Notes: a model not told the origin generated them from the sequence alone. 27,111 bases of DNA from Ilumatobacteraceae bacterium (GCA_041748635.1 JBGTCW010000226.1:1-27111), one strand, 5' to 3'; shown: positions 1-7,753, numbered from the stretch's first letter. Program-made: numbers and translations.

Positions 1-1
1 C

Positions 2-2011
2 GGCATCCTCACCGCACGCGGCGGGCTCGCCAGCCACGCCGCCGTCGTCGCCCGCGGTTGGGGAATCCCCGCCGTCGTCGGTGCTGGCGACGTGGTCGTT
101 GTCGAGGGCGGCGTCCGGATCGGCGACGACTTCCACGCCGAGGGCACCGAAATCTCGATCGACGGCGCCACCGGCAACGTGATGGCGGGTGCCGTCGTCG
201 CGTCGACGCGCTCGGCACCGCCCGAACTCGAGACGCTGTTGGGTTGGGCCGATCTGATCCGCGCCGGCCGGGTCGGGGTCCGCGCCAACGCCGATACCGC
301 GGAAGACGCCAGCCACGCTCGTCACCTCGGGGCGGAGGGCATCGGGCTGTGCCGCACCGAGCACATGTTCCTCGCCGAGCAGCGACTGCGCCTGGTTCGA
401 CGGCTCATCCTCAGCGACGATCCCACGCAGGAGCGCGAGGTGCTCCGGGAACTCGATCTGGTGCAGCAGGCCGACTTCGCGTCGATCCTCGCAGCGATGG
501 ACGGCCTTCCCGTGACCGTCCGTCTGCTCGACCCACCGCTGCACGAGTTCCTCCCCGACTACGAGCGACTGGTGGTCGCCGAGGCGACCGGCAAGCTCGA
601 CGACGAGACTCGCGCCGAGCTCGCGGCGGTTCGTCGATTGCGTGAAGCCAACCCGATGATCGGAACCCGGGGCGTCCGGCTCGGTGTGGTGAAGCCGGGC
701 GTCTACCAGATGCAGGTGCGCGCACTCGCCCGCGCCGTCGGTGACGCGCTCGAGGCGGGACGCGATCCGCAGGTCGAGATCATGATCCCGCTGGTGATGG
801 GTGCAGCAGAGCTGGCCATGGCGCGCGGCTGGGTGCTCGAAGCGCTCGACGAGGCGGGCGTCGGCAACCTCGACGCGGTGAGCATCGGCGCAATGGTCGA
901 GACGCCTCGGGCCGCGCTCGTCGCCGCGGACCTCAGTGCGCACGCCGACTTCTTCTCGTTCGGTACGAACGACCTCACGCAGCTGACGTTCGCGTTCAGT
1001 CGTGACGACGTCGAGGTCCGGTTGCTGCCCGCCTATCTCGAGGCGGGCGTGCTCCCGTTCAATCCGTTCGAGCAGCTCGATCAGGAGGGCGTCGGTCGGT
1101 TGATCGAGCTCACGTGCGACGACGCCCGTCGCGTCAAGCCCGAGATCAAGATCGGGATCTGCGGAGAACAGGCCGGCGATCCGGCATCGGCGCGATTCCT
1201 CGTCGACGCCGGCGTCGACTACGTGAGCTGCTCGCCGTACCGCGTGCCCATCGCTCGGCTGGCGATCGCGCAGGCGCTGCTCGACGCAGGTCGCGTCCCC
1301 GACGCCGAGATCGAACGGCTCACGGCGGACGTCGCAGACGATCACGCATCACCGACATCGACTACCGATCCCACCGACTCTCCGCAGGAGCCGTCGGCCT
1401 TCGACGACGACGAAGCCTTGTTCCTGGTGCTCCACGCGCTGCGCATCAAGGGGTTTTCCAGCGCCACGACGGTCGCTGAGTTGACGACGATCGACCAGGA
1501 CCGGACGAACCGGATCCTCGGCGAACTCGCCGAGAGCGGACACACCAAGTTCTTCGAGGCGCGCGAACTCTGGCAGCTCACTCCCGAGGGAAGGCAGCGC
1601 CACGGCGAAGCGCTGGGTGGAGTTGCCGCGATGCACGGCAGCGACCTCCGAGCCCACTACGACCACTTCCTCGGCCTGAACACGCGCCTCAAGGAACTGT
1701 GCACGACGTGGCAGACGCGTCACGGCGAACCCAACGACCATTCCGACGCGGACTACGACAGCGAGCAGCTCGAGGAGCTCGCTCGATTCAACGCCGAGTG
1801 CGCAGCCGTGCTCGATGGCTTCGCCGACGTCATCCCGAGGTTCGGTGCCTATCGACATCGCCTGACCGGAGCCGCCGCCCGCGCCGTGCACGGCGAGACG
1901 AAGATGTTCACCGGCGTCATGTGTGGCTCGTTCCACGACATCTGGATGGAACTTCACGAGGACCTCATCCAGATCCTCGGCATCGATCGCAGCGCGGAGG
2001 GCAGCTACTGA
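2..2011 (+). CDS. ppdK: Pyruvate phosphate dikinase (5' end outside window) with C-terminal fused winged-helix plus helical domain
   Basis: Frame is open from nt 2: GILTARGGLASHAAVVARGWGIPAVVG (phospho-His domain). It then carries the PPDK C-domain motifs GIGLCRTEHMF, VRLLDPPLHEFLP, EANPMIGTRGVRLG, FFSFGTNDLTQ, GICGEQAGDP and DYVSCSPYRVPIARLA. About 240 extra residues follow ~nt 1280 with no stop. Confidence 0.93.
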   Translation, partial: GILTARGGLASHAAVVARGWGIPAVVGAGDVVVVEGGVRIGDDFHAEGTEISIDGATGNVMAGAVVASTRSAPPELETLLGWADLIRAGRVGVRANADTAEDASHARHLGAEGIGLCRTEHMFLAEQRLRLVRRLILSDDPTQEREVLRELDLVQQADFASILAAMDGLPVTVRLLDPPLHEFLPDYERLVVAEATGKLDDETRAELAAVRRLREANPMIGTRGVRLGVVKPGVYQMQVRALARAVGDALEAGRDPQVEIMIPLVMGAAELAMARGWVLEALDEAGVGNLDAVSIGAMVETPRAALVAADLSAHADFFSFGTNDLTQLTFAFSRDDVEVRLLPAYLEAGVLPFNPFEQLDQEGVGRLIELTCDDARRVKPEIKIGICGEQAGDPASARFLVDAGVDYVSCSPYRVPIARLAIAQALLDAGRVPDAEIERLTADVADDHASPTSTTDPTDSPQEPSAFDDDEALFLVLHALRIKGFSSATTVAELTTIDQDRTNRILGELAESGHTKFFEARELWQLTPEGRQRHGEALGGVAAMHGSDLRAHYDHFLGLNTRLKELCTTWQTRHGEPNDHSDADYDSEQLEELARFNAECAAVLDGFADVIPRFGAYRHRLTGAAARAVHGETKMFTGVMCGSFHDIWMELHEDLIQILGIDRSAEGSY

Positions 2012-4350
2012 CGCCGAGCGTCCGGCATGAAGCGCGGGATCATCGCGATCAGCGAGCCGGCCACTGCGACCGCAGCAGCCGTGTACCCCCACGCAGCGTC
2101 CCAGAACAGCTCGAGCATGAAGTAGCCGCGCAGCCAGGGCACGACCAGCACGATGAGGTAGCCGACACCCATCGCCGCGACGAGGCCGACCTTCCAGTGC
2201 CGAAGTGGCCGGCTCGCCACGGTGAGCACCACGAGGCCGATCAGCAGCAGCGTGACCGTCGCGAGGCTGCGGGCCTGGTCGAGTTCGAGCTCCGCAACAT
2301 GGAGCGCGGCCTCGTAGGCGGCCAACGTCACGGAGCCGGCGATGAGACCGGCCGGGATCGAGAACCAGAGGACGCGCCGGAGGAACCCGGCCCTGATCAG
2401 GTCGACCTCGGGGGCGAGCGCCAGGAAGAAACCCGGAACCCCGATGCTGAACGTGCCGATCAGCGTCAGCTGGCGCGGCAGGAACGGGAACGGACTGTCG
2501 ACGAGCGCGACGCCGAAGGTGAGCAGCACTGCGTACACCGCTTTGGTGACGAACAGATTCGAGACGCGCTCGACGTTGTTGATGACCTTGCGGCCCTCGT
2601 TGACGACGGTCGGCAGGCTGGAGAAGGCATCGTCGGTGAGCACCAGATCGGCGACCGCCTTGGTCGCTTCACTCCCCGACCCCATCGAGATGCCGAGGTC
2701 CGCGTCCTTGAGTGCGAGGACATCGTTCACGCCGTCCCCCGTCATCGCGACCACGTGCCCACGCGACTGCAGCGCTCGCACCATCGCCTGCTTCTGCTGC
2801 GGCTTGACCCGCCCGAACACGGTCGCCGCATCCAGGATTCGCGCGAGCTCGTCGATGTCGGTCGGCAGCGCTCGTGCATCAACCGGGTCGCCGACGACGG
2901 CGAGGCCAGCCCGCTCGGCGATCGCCGCAACCGTGTCCTGGTTGTCACCGGAGATCACCTTGAGCGTGACGTCCTGCTCGGCGAAGTACGCAAGGATCTC
3001 CGCCGCGTCGGGACGGATCTCGTCTTCCAGTTCCACGATCGCCAACGTCCGCGTGGTCTCCGGCAGTTGATCGCCGTCCGGACCCCCATCGCAGGTCACG
3101 ACGGCGAGCAGCCGCTTTCCGCCGACGCTCAACCGTTCGATGAGCGCCCGCTGCGGATCGTCATCGCCCACCAGGAAGTCCGGCGCGCCGAGGTAGAACC
3201 ACCCGCGGTCCGCGAACGACGCGGCCGACCACTTGCGTTCGCTGTCGAACGGTTCGACGTGCTCGACCGTCCACGACGAGTCGCTTCCCACAGCCACCGC
3301 GATCGCCGCCATCGTCGGGTTCGGCGACCGATCCGCCATCGCCAGCGCCACCAGCGCGTCGGTGACCTCGGCGTCGGCGCGGCCGTCGGCCGCGTGCGCC
3401 GCTGCGAACGTGATGTCGCCAGTGGTGATCGTGCCGGTCTTGTCCAGACACAACACGTCGACGCGGGCGAGCACCTCGACGGTCGAGAGCTGTTTGGCCA
3501 ATGCGTTGCGACGGGCCAGCGCGAGCATGCCGGCCATGAACGACAGGCTCGTCAGCAGTACCAGTCCATCGGGCACCATCGCCACCGCAGCAGCGACCGT
3601 CCCGAGGAGCGCGTCCTGCCAACGATCCTCGGTGTCGATGAGGCGGACGAAGAGGAAGATCGCCGCGACCGGGATGATGACAGTGAGCCAGCGCAGGATC
3701 GTGTCGATGCCGCGCCGGAGGCGAGACTCGACCGCAGCGAACTGCTTGGCCTCGGTGGCGAGCGTGCTGGCGTAGCTGTCGGCGCCGACGGCCTGGGCGC
3801 GGATGAGTCCGTTGCCGGCGACGACGAAGCTGCCCGACAAGACACTGTCGCCGATCGACTTGGCGACGGGCAACGACTCACCCGTCAACATCGACTCGTC
3901 GAGACGAAGGCCGACCGAGTCGAGCACCACGCCGTCGACCGCAACCTGACCACCGAGGCGCAGCTGGACCACGTCGTCGAGCACGACCTCGTCGGACGAG
4001 ATCTCGACCGGCTCGCCATTGCGAATCACGTGTGCCCGCGGCTCGGTGACCACCTCGAGGCGTTGCAATTCGCGTCGAGCACGGACCTCTTGCACGACCC
4101 CGATGACGGAGTTCGAGATCACGACGCCGACGAACAGTCCATCGCCGGGGTTGCCCGAAACCAGGACCAGCGCGAACAGCGTGAGCATGATGGCGTTCAC
4201 GACCGTGAACACATTGGCGGCGACGATCTGGCCGAACGATCGCCCCGGTGGCTCGGGAGCGACGTTCACCTTTCCGGCAGCGACCCGCTCGGCGACCTCG
4301 GCGAGCGACAACCCACTGATCTCGGTGTTTTCCACGTGCGGTTGCTCCAT
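2005..4350 (-). CDS. Cation-translocating P-type ATPase, CtpE-like
   Basis: Motifs DESMLTGES, VPDGLVLL (TM4), DKTGT (phospho-Asp), VISGDN, FGRVKPQQK and MTGDGVNDVLALK. Start moved to ATG 4350 (MEQPHVENTEISGLSLAEV), because the ORF-track extension to 4599 overlaps the opposite-strand M23 gene. The stop overlaps the ppdK stop by 7 nt. Confidence 0.92.
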   Translation of the reverse strand: MEQPHVENTEISGLSLAEVAERVAAGKVNVAPEPPGRSFGQIVAANVFTVVNAIMLTLFALVLVSGNPGDGLFVGVVISNSVIGVVQEVRARRELQRLEVVTEPRAHVIRNGEPVEISSDEVVLDDVVQLRLGGQVAVDGVVLDSVGLRLDESMLTGESLPVAKSIGDSVLSGSFVVAGNGLIRAQAVGADSYASTLATEAKQFAAVESRLRRGIDTILRWLTVIIPVAAIFLFVRLIDTEDRWQDALLGTVAAAVAMVPDGLVLLTSLSFMAGMLALARRNALAKQLSTVEVLARVDVLCLDKTGTITTGDITFAAAHAADGRADAEVTDALVALAMADRSPNPTMAAIAVAVGSDSSWTVEHVEPFDSERKWSAASFADRGWFYLGAPDFLVGDDDPQRALIERLSVGGKRLLAVVTCDGGPDGDQLPETTRTLAIVELEDEIRPDAAEILAYFAEQDVTLKVISGDNQDTVAAIAERAGLAVVGDPVDARALPTDIDELARILDAATVFGRVKPQQKQAMVRALQSRGHVVAMTGDGVNDVLALKDADLGISMGSGSEATKAVADLVLTDDAFSSLPTVVNEGRKVINNVERVSNLFVTKAVYAVLLTFGVALVDSPFPFLPRQLTLIGTFSIGVPGFFLALAPEVDLIRAGFLRRVLWFSIPAGLIAGSVTLAAYEAALHVAELELDQARSLATVTLLLIGLVVLTVASRPLRHWKVGLVAAMGVGYLIVLVVPWLRGYFMLELFWDAAWGYTAAAVAVAGSLIAMIPRFMPDARRQ

Positions 4351-4460
4351 CCCGCTGCGCAGCGTAAATGAGCCCGAGCGCTCGGACCGCTTCACGCGAC
4401 GTTCGACCGGAGTCCCTCTCGGACCCACCGCCAACCGGGCTTCGATCGACTGACACCGAA

Positions 4461-4491
4461 TCGTCACGAAACCGTCATATAGGGCTAGGCT
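4461..4491 (+). promoter_or_regulatory. Putative promoter of the M23 gene: 11-bp-period direct repeat plus -10 TAGGCT
   Basis: TCGTCAC-GAAA-CCGTCAT at 4461-4478 and TAGGCT at 4486-4491, 8 nt before ATG 4500. Confidence 0.4.
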
Positions 4492-4499
4492 CGGCGCCC

Positions 4500-5726
4500 A
4501 TGTCGGCAATCGGACGGATGCGAGCGCTCGGCGCCCGACGCGCCATGGCGTCGCTCGCGCTCGTCGCCGCAGTCTCCGTCGGTTCGACGACACTGCCACT
4601 CACCGCTGCGCAGGCGCAGGATCCGGCTGCCGTGCGCGCCGCCGCCGAGATCCAGGCGGCACGTGACCGCGCGAATGTTGCCTCGCAGGCGATGTTCGAC
4701 GCCGAGTCACGACTCGACGGTCTCCAGATCGAGATCGAGACCGCCGAGAAGGACCTCGCTGCTGTCGAAGCCCAGGCCACAGCGATGCGCAGCAGCCTCC
4801 AACAGGACGCACAACGCAGCTTCGTCAACTCCGGCACCTCGATCCCGCTGTTGATCGACCTCGACCAGGCGAATGCCAGCATCACAGCTGAGCGTCAGGC
4901 GTCGGTGGCGAGAGGCGCAGCGTCGGTGGAGCTCGACGACTTCGCTGCCGTGATGAAAGAGGTGAACGCCCAGCGCACCGACCTCGAACGCCAGCAGGAG
5001 ACCACGACCGCCGCACGTGAGCAGTTCGAATCGCTCAAGGCGACAGCGGAGGCCGAGGTGGTCGCGCTCGCCGAGATCGAAGAGCAGCGACTGGCCGACG
5101 TGGCCGTGCAGCGCGAACTCGAACGCCAACGACAGGCCAAGCTGGCCCAAGACGCCGAGGCCGCTCGTCAGGCACAGATCGTGAGCGACCGGGCAAACGC
5201 CAGTGCCCCCGTCGCCGCCGCCGCTCCCGCTCCCCGTGGTTCGGGTTCGTCCGCCCCGTCGAACGGTGGATCAGCGGCGACGAATCCCCCTCCGGCAGCG
5301 CCCGCTCCGGTTCCCGCCTCGCCACCGCCCTCGAACGCAGGCAGCGGCATCGTGTGCCCGGTCGCCGGCCCTCACGCATTCGCCGACACCTGGGGCGCCG
5401 CGCGATCCGGCGGTCGCAGTCACGAAGGCGTCGACATGATGGCACCGCGGGGCACGCCGCTCGTTGCGGTCGAGTCTGGTTTCGCCCAGTTCAAGACCAC
5501 GAACCTCGGTGGGAACTCGATCTGGGTGAACGGCGCCAGCGGCACTCGCTACTTCTATGCCCACCTGAGCGCATGGGAGGGTTCGAGCCGAAACGTCTCG
5601 CGCGGCGAGGTGATCGGCTACGTCGGCGCCACCGGCAACACCACGGCGAACCACCTCCACTTCGAGGTGCACCCGGGCGGCGGGCGGGCGGTCAACCCGT
5701 ACCCCTACGTCCGCGGCGTCTGCTGA
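4500..5726 (+). CDS. Secreted M23 family peptidoglycan endopeptidase with N-terminal coiled coil
   Basis: Signal peptide ending about TAAQA, a long Ala/Glu/Gln coiled coil, a Pro/Ala/Ser linker, then the M23 zinc motifs HEGVD, YAHLS and HLHFE. Start at 4500 (or 4518). Confidence 0.9.
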   Translation: MSAIGRMRALGARRAMASLALVAAVSVGSTTLPLTAAQAQDPAAVRAAAEIQAARDRANVASQAMFDAESRLDGLQIEIETAEKDLAAVEAQATAMRSSLQQDAQRSFVNSGTSIPLLIDLDQANASITAERQASVARGAASVELDDFAAVMKEVNAQRTDLERQQETTTAAREQFESLKATAEAEVVALAEIEEQRLADVAVQRELERQRQAKLAQDAEAARQAQIVSDRANASAPVAAAAPAPRGSGSSAPSNGGSAATNPPPAAPAPVPASPPPSNAGSGIVCPVAGPHAFADTWGAARSGGRSHEGVDMMAPRGTPLVAVESGFAQFKTTNLGGNSIWVNGASGTRYFYAHLSAWEGSSRNVSRGEVIGYVGATGNTTANHLHFEVHPGGGRAVNPYPYVRGVC

Positions 5727-5752
5727 CCCGCCTCATCTCCCGGCCGCTCCGA

Positions 5753-5804
5753 CGTTCATGTGACAGTTCGGATGAACAGGGTCATCCGAACTGCAACGTG
5801 AACG
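5753..5804. repeat. 52-bp palindromic intergenic repeat, copy 1; likely also a bidirectional terminator
   Basis: CGTTCATGT-GA-CAGTTCGGATGA-acaggg-TCATCCGAACTG-CA-ACGTGAACG: a 12-bp perfect inner stem plus a 9-bp outer stem, between convergent stops at 5726 and 5811. Confidence 0.8.
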
Positions 5805-5810
5805 GGGTGG

Positions 5811-6476
5811 CTACGCAACGGGGTAGCCGGCGAGGAGCACTCCGGCCACCGCCAGGACGGCGCCCGACCCGGACAGCAGCAGGAACTTGCTGATTCCGTT
5901 GCTGAATGACGCGGTGATTCCGGCGAAGAACAGCGCGCTCGCGAAGAACAGCGTGAGCTGGATGTAGTCGTCGGCGTGAGCGCCCGACTCCTCACTGCGA
6001 ACGGTCGCTGCGAGCGCTTCCGCGTCGGCCGCTTCGGACGCAGCGAACAGCTCACCGAGGTAGTCCTGATCGGCGAGCAGGTTCGTGGGCGTCTGGCCCA
6101 CGGCGAGTTGTGCCTCCCAGTTCTCGAACACAGGCAGGAAGCCGGGGCGGACAAGCGTGGCACGAAGAAAATCCTGCAGCTCCTGGTTGTCAGCAGCAAC
6201 CGCTGCGGCGTACTGACTCACCGTCGCCGAGTCGTACGCGACGATCTGGGTCGCCAGGGCGTACTCCCGCGATGCGTCGAGGCGAGAGACCGCCGACGCA
6301 CGTGCCTCGTCGGTCTCGACGCCGTTCCACCGAGAGACCTGATAGGCCGACCACGCCGATCCGACGGTGGCGACGCCGAGCAGCAGCACGGTGATGATCT
6401 CGATCAATCGACCTGGTTGCGACCGCGACGACCTGCGCGACCCCTCCTTCGACGCCGACCAGGGCGAGTCGCTCAC
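5811..6476 (-). CDS. Membrane protein of unknown function, DUF4337-like (1 N-terminal TM, soluble helical loop, 2 C-terminal TMs)
   Basis: Hydrophobic segments IITVLLLGVATVGSAWSAY and YIQLTLFFASALFFAGI...VLLAGY. The GTG start overlaps the SPFH stop (GTGA). The family label is from recalled resemblance only. Confidence 0.7.
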   Translation of the reverse strand: MSDSPWSASKEGSRRSSRSQPGRLIEIITVLLLGVATVGSAWSAYQVSRWNGVETDEARASAVSRLDASREYALATQIVAYDSATVSQYAAAVAADNQELQDFLRATLVRPGFLPVFENWEAQLAVGQTPTNLLADQDYLGELFAASEAADAEALAATVRSEESGAHADDYIQLTLFFASALFFAGITASFSNGISKFLLLSGSGAVLAVAGVLLAGYPVA

Positions 6477-7363
6477 AGCTGTTCGGCGGTCGGGTCGCCC
6501 GCATCATCGGCTGTCGCGAGGTGGACGTCGGCCGTGGACCCCTGCGGCACGATGAGCGGCAAGGTGAGCGCCGCAGGGATCGGCTGGTCGCCATTCCAAC
6601 GCTGCATGATGTCGCGCCACGTTTCGATCTGGCGGTAGCGCAACAGGATGTCGCCATCGAGACCCTCGACCAGCGAGCTGACCGCCACGTCGTTCTCGAG
6701 TCGAGCCGTGCGCACTTTCGCAAACGCTTGCTCGCGCTCGAGCTCTGCGTCAGCACGCACGGTCGCCTGGATGACGTCACCGGTGTCGCCGAGGTCGATC
6801 TCGCGCAGGCTGAACATCTTGAGCTCGAATCCGACGTTGCCGAGCGCAGGTCCGAGCGCCGTCGTGAGACGCTGCTCGAGCTCGGCGAACTCCACGCCGT
6901 ACGCGTCGTCGATCGAGGCCGCGCCGTTGCCGATCTCGGCCAGCATTGTCGAACGGGTGACATCGCGCAGCGCCGCCCAAATTCCCTCGGGGCCGTAGCG
7001 ATCGTGCACATCTCTGAGTCTGGACGGATCGAGCTGGCAGCGAACCGTGTAGCTCACCTTTGCGAACGCCTTGTCACCGAGGTGGACGCGCAGGGCATCG
7101 TCGACGTACTCGACGCGAGCATCGTCGATCGATCGCCCACCCGCCACCAGGCAGAGCTCGCGCGAGGGATAGATCTGAAGCATCAACTTCTGCCACGGCA
7201 AGACGAAGTGACGCCCGGGTGGCAACGCTCGTCCGGTCGCCTTTCCCCGCTTGAGCACGACGGCGACCGTGCCGGGGTCGACGATGATCGCGGTTTCGAA
7301 CAGCACGATCCCCGCGACGACCGCCACGATCGCGACGACACCGAGGACGATCCAGACCTCCAT
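6473..7363 (-). CDS. SPFH/band 7/prohibitin domain membrane protein
   Basis: N-terminal TM (MEVWIVLGVVAIVAVVAGIVLF), then IIVDPGTVAVV..G....LPPGRHFVLPW, GFELKMFSLREIDL and a coiled-coil tail. Start placed at ATG 7363. Confidence 0.85.
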   Translation of the reverse strand: MEVWIVLGVVAIVAVVAGIVLFETAIIVDPGTVAVVLKRGKATGRALPPGRHFVLPWQKLMLQIYPSRELCLVAGGRSIDDARVEYVDDALRVHLGDKAFAKVSYTVRCQLDPSRLRDVHDRYGPEGIWAALRDVTRSTMLAEIGNGAASIDDAYGVEFAELEQRLTTALGPALGNVGFELKMFSLREIDLGDTGDVIQATVRADAELEREQAFAKVRTARLENDVAVSSLVEGLDGDILLRYRQIETWRDIMQRWNGDQPIPAALTLPLIVPQGSTADVHLATADDAGDPTAEQL

Positions 7364-7451
7364 CAGTTTGACCCCGCCGGCAGTAACGCATCTGCGTCCA
7401 TAGGAAAGCACACATTAGCCACCCGGCCGTTGCCCCGAACCCGTGCGGGGG

Positions 7452-7499
7452 GCGCTGTCTGGTCGTCGGGCCTCGAACGGACCGACGACCAGACAGCGC
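7452..7499 (-). terminator. Strong hairpin, probable intrinsic terminator after the small lipoprotein gene
   Basis: 18-bp perfect inverted repeat GCGCTGTCTGGTCGTCGG / CCGACGACCAGACAGCGC, starting 12 nt after the stop at 7512. There is no U-tract, which is common in actinobacteria. Confidence 0.75.
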
Positions 7500-7511
7500 T
7501 TCATCGGCAGA

Positions 7512-7718
7512 TCAGCCGTCGGTGGTCTCACTCTCGATCTCATCGGCGATCGTGTTCGAGATGTCGTCGAGCTGATCGTCGACGCCGTCGACAGGGTTGT
7601 CGATGTCGTCGTCGTCGCCGTCGTCGTCACTGCACGCCGCAGCGCCGAGTGACAGCACGCCGACCGCTGATGCAGCAATGATTTTCCGGGTGATCTGGGG
7701 GAATCGTGAGTTTGTCAT
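7512..7718 (-). CDS. Small (68 aa) highly acidic putative lipoprotein
   Basis: Basic n-region (RK), hydrophobic IIAASAVGVLSLG and lipobox-like AAA-C29, followed by a 40-aa mature part with 18 D/E. It is flanked by a promoter motif and a terminator hairpin. Confidence 0.75.
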   Translation of the reverse strand: MTNSRFPQITRKIIAASAVGVLSLGAAACSDDDGDDDDIDNPVDGVDDQLDDISNTIADEIESETTDG

Positions 7719-7727
7719 CGGCCACGC

Positions 7728-7753
7728 GTACCCGCAGGCTCACCGAGCGAAAC
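7728..7753 (-). promoter_or_regulatory. SigF/SigB-type promoter GTTT-N16-GGGTAC
   Basis: Minus strand reads GTTT-cgctcggtgagcctgc-GGGTAC, 9 nt before the lipoprotein ATG. This matches the GTTT-N15-17-GGGTA consensus of mycobacterial SigF / SigB-like sigmas. Confidence 0.55.

Noticed and set aside
1699-4371. 890-aa plus-strand ORF
   Set aside because: Antisense shadow of the P-type ATPase; Arg/His/Gln-rich with no motifs, typical of high-GC codon bias.
4351-4499. c-di-AMP (ydaO) riboswitch, often found before actinobacterial cell-wall hydrolases
   Set aside because: I recognised none of its conserved elements by eye, and the gene appears near-leaderless.
4351-4599. ORF-track N-terminal extension of the P-type ATPase
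   Set aside because: It overlaps the M23 gene and its promoter; a better ATG lies at 4350 with TACGCT upstream.
7602-7628. GTC trinucleotide run as a contingency microsatellite
   Set aside because: It simply encodes the Asp run of the lipoprotein, and unit changes would stay in frame.
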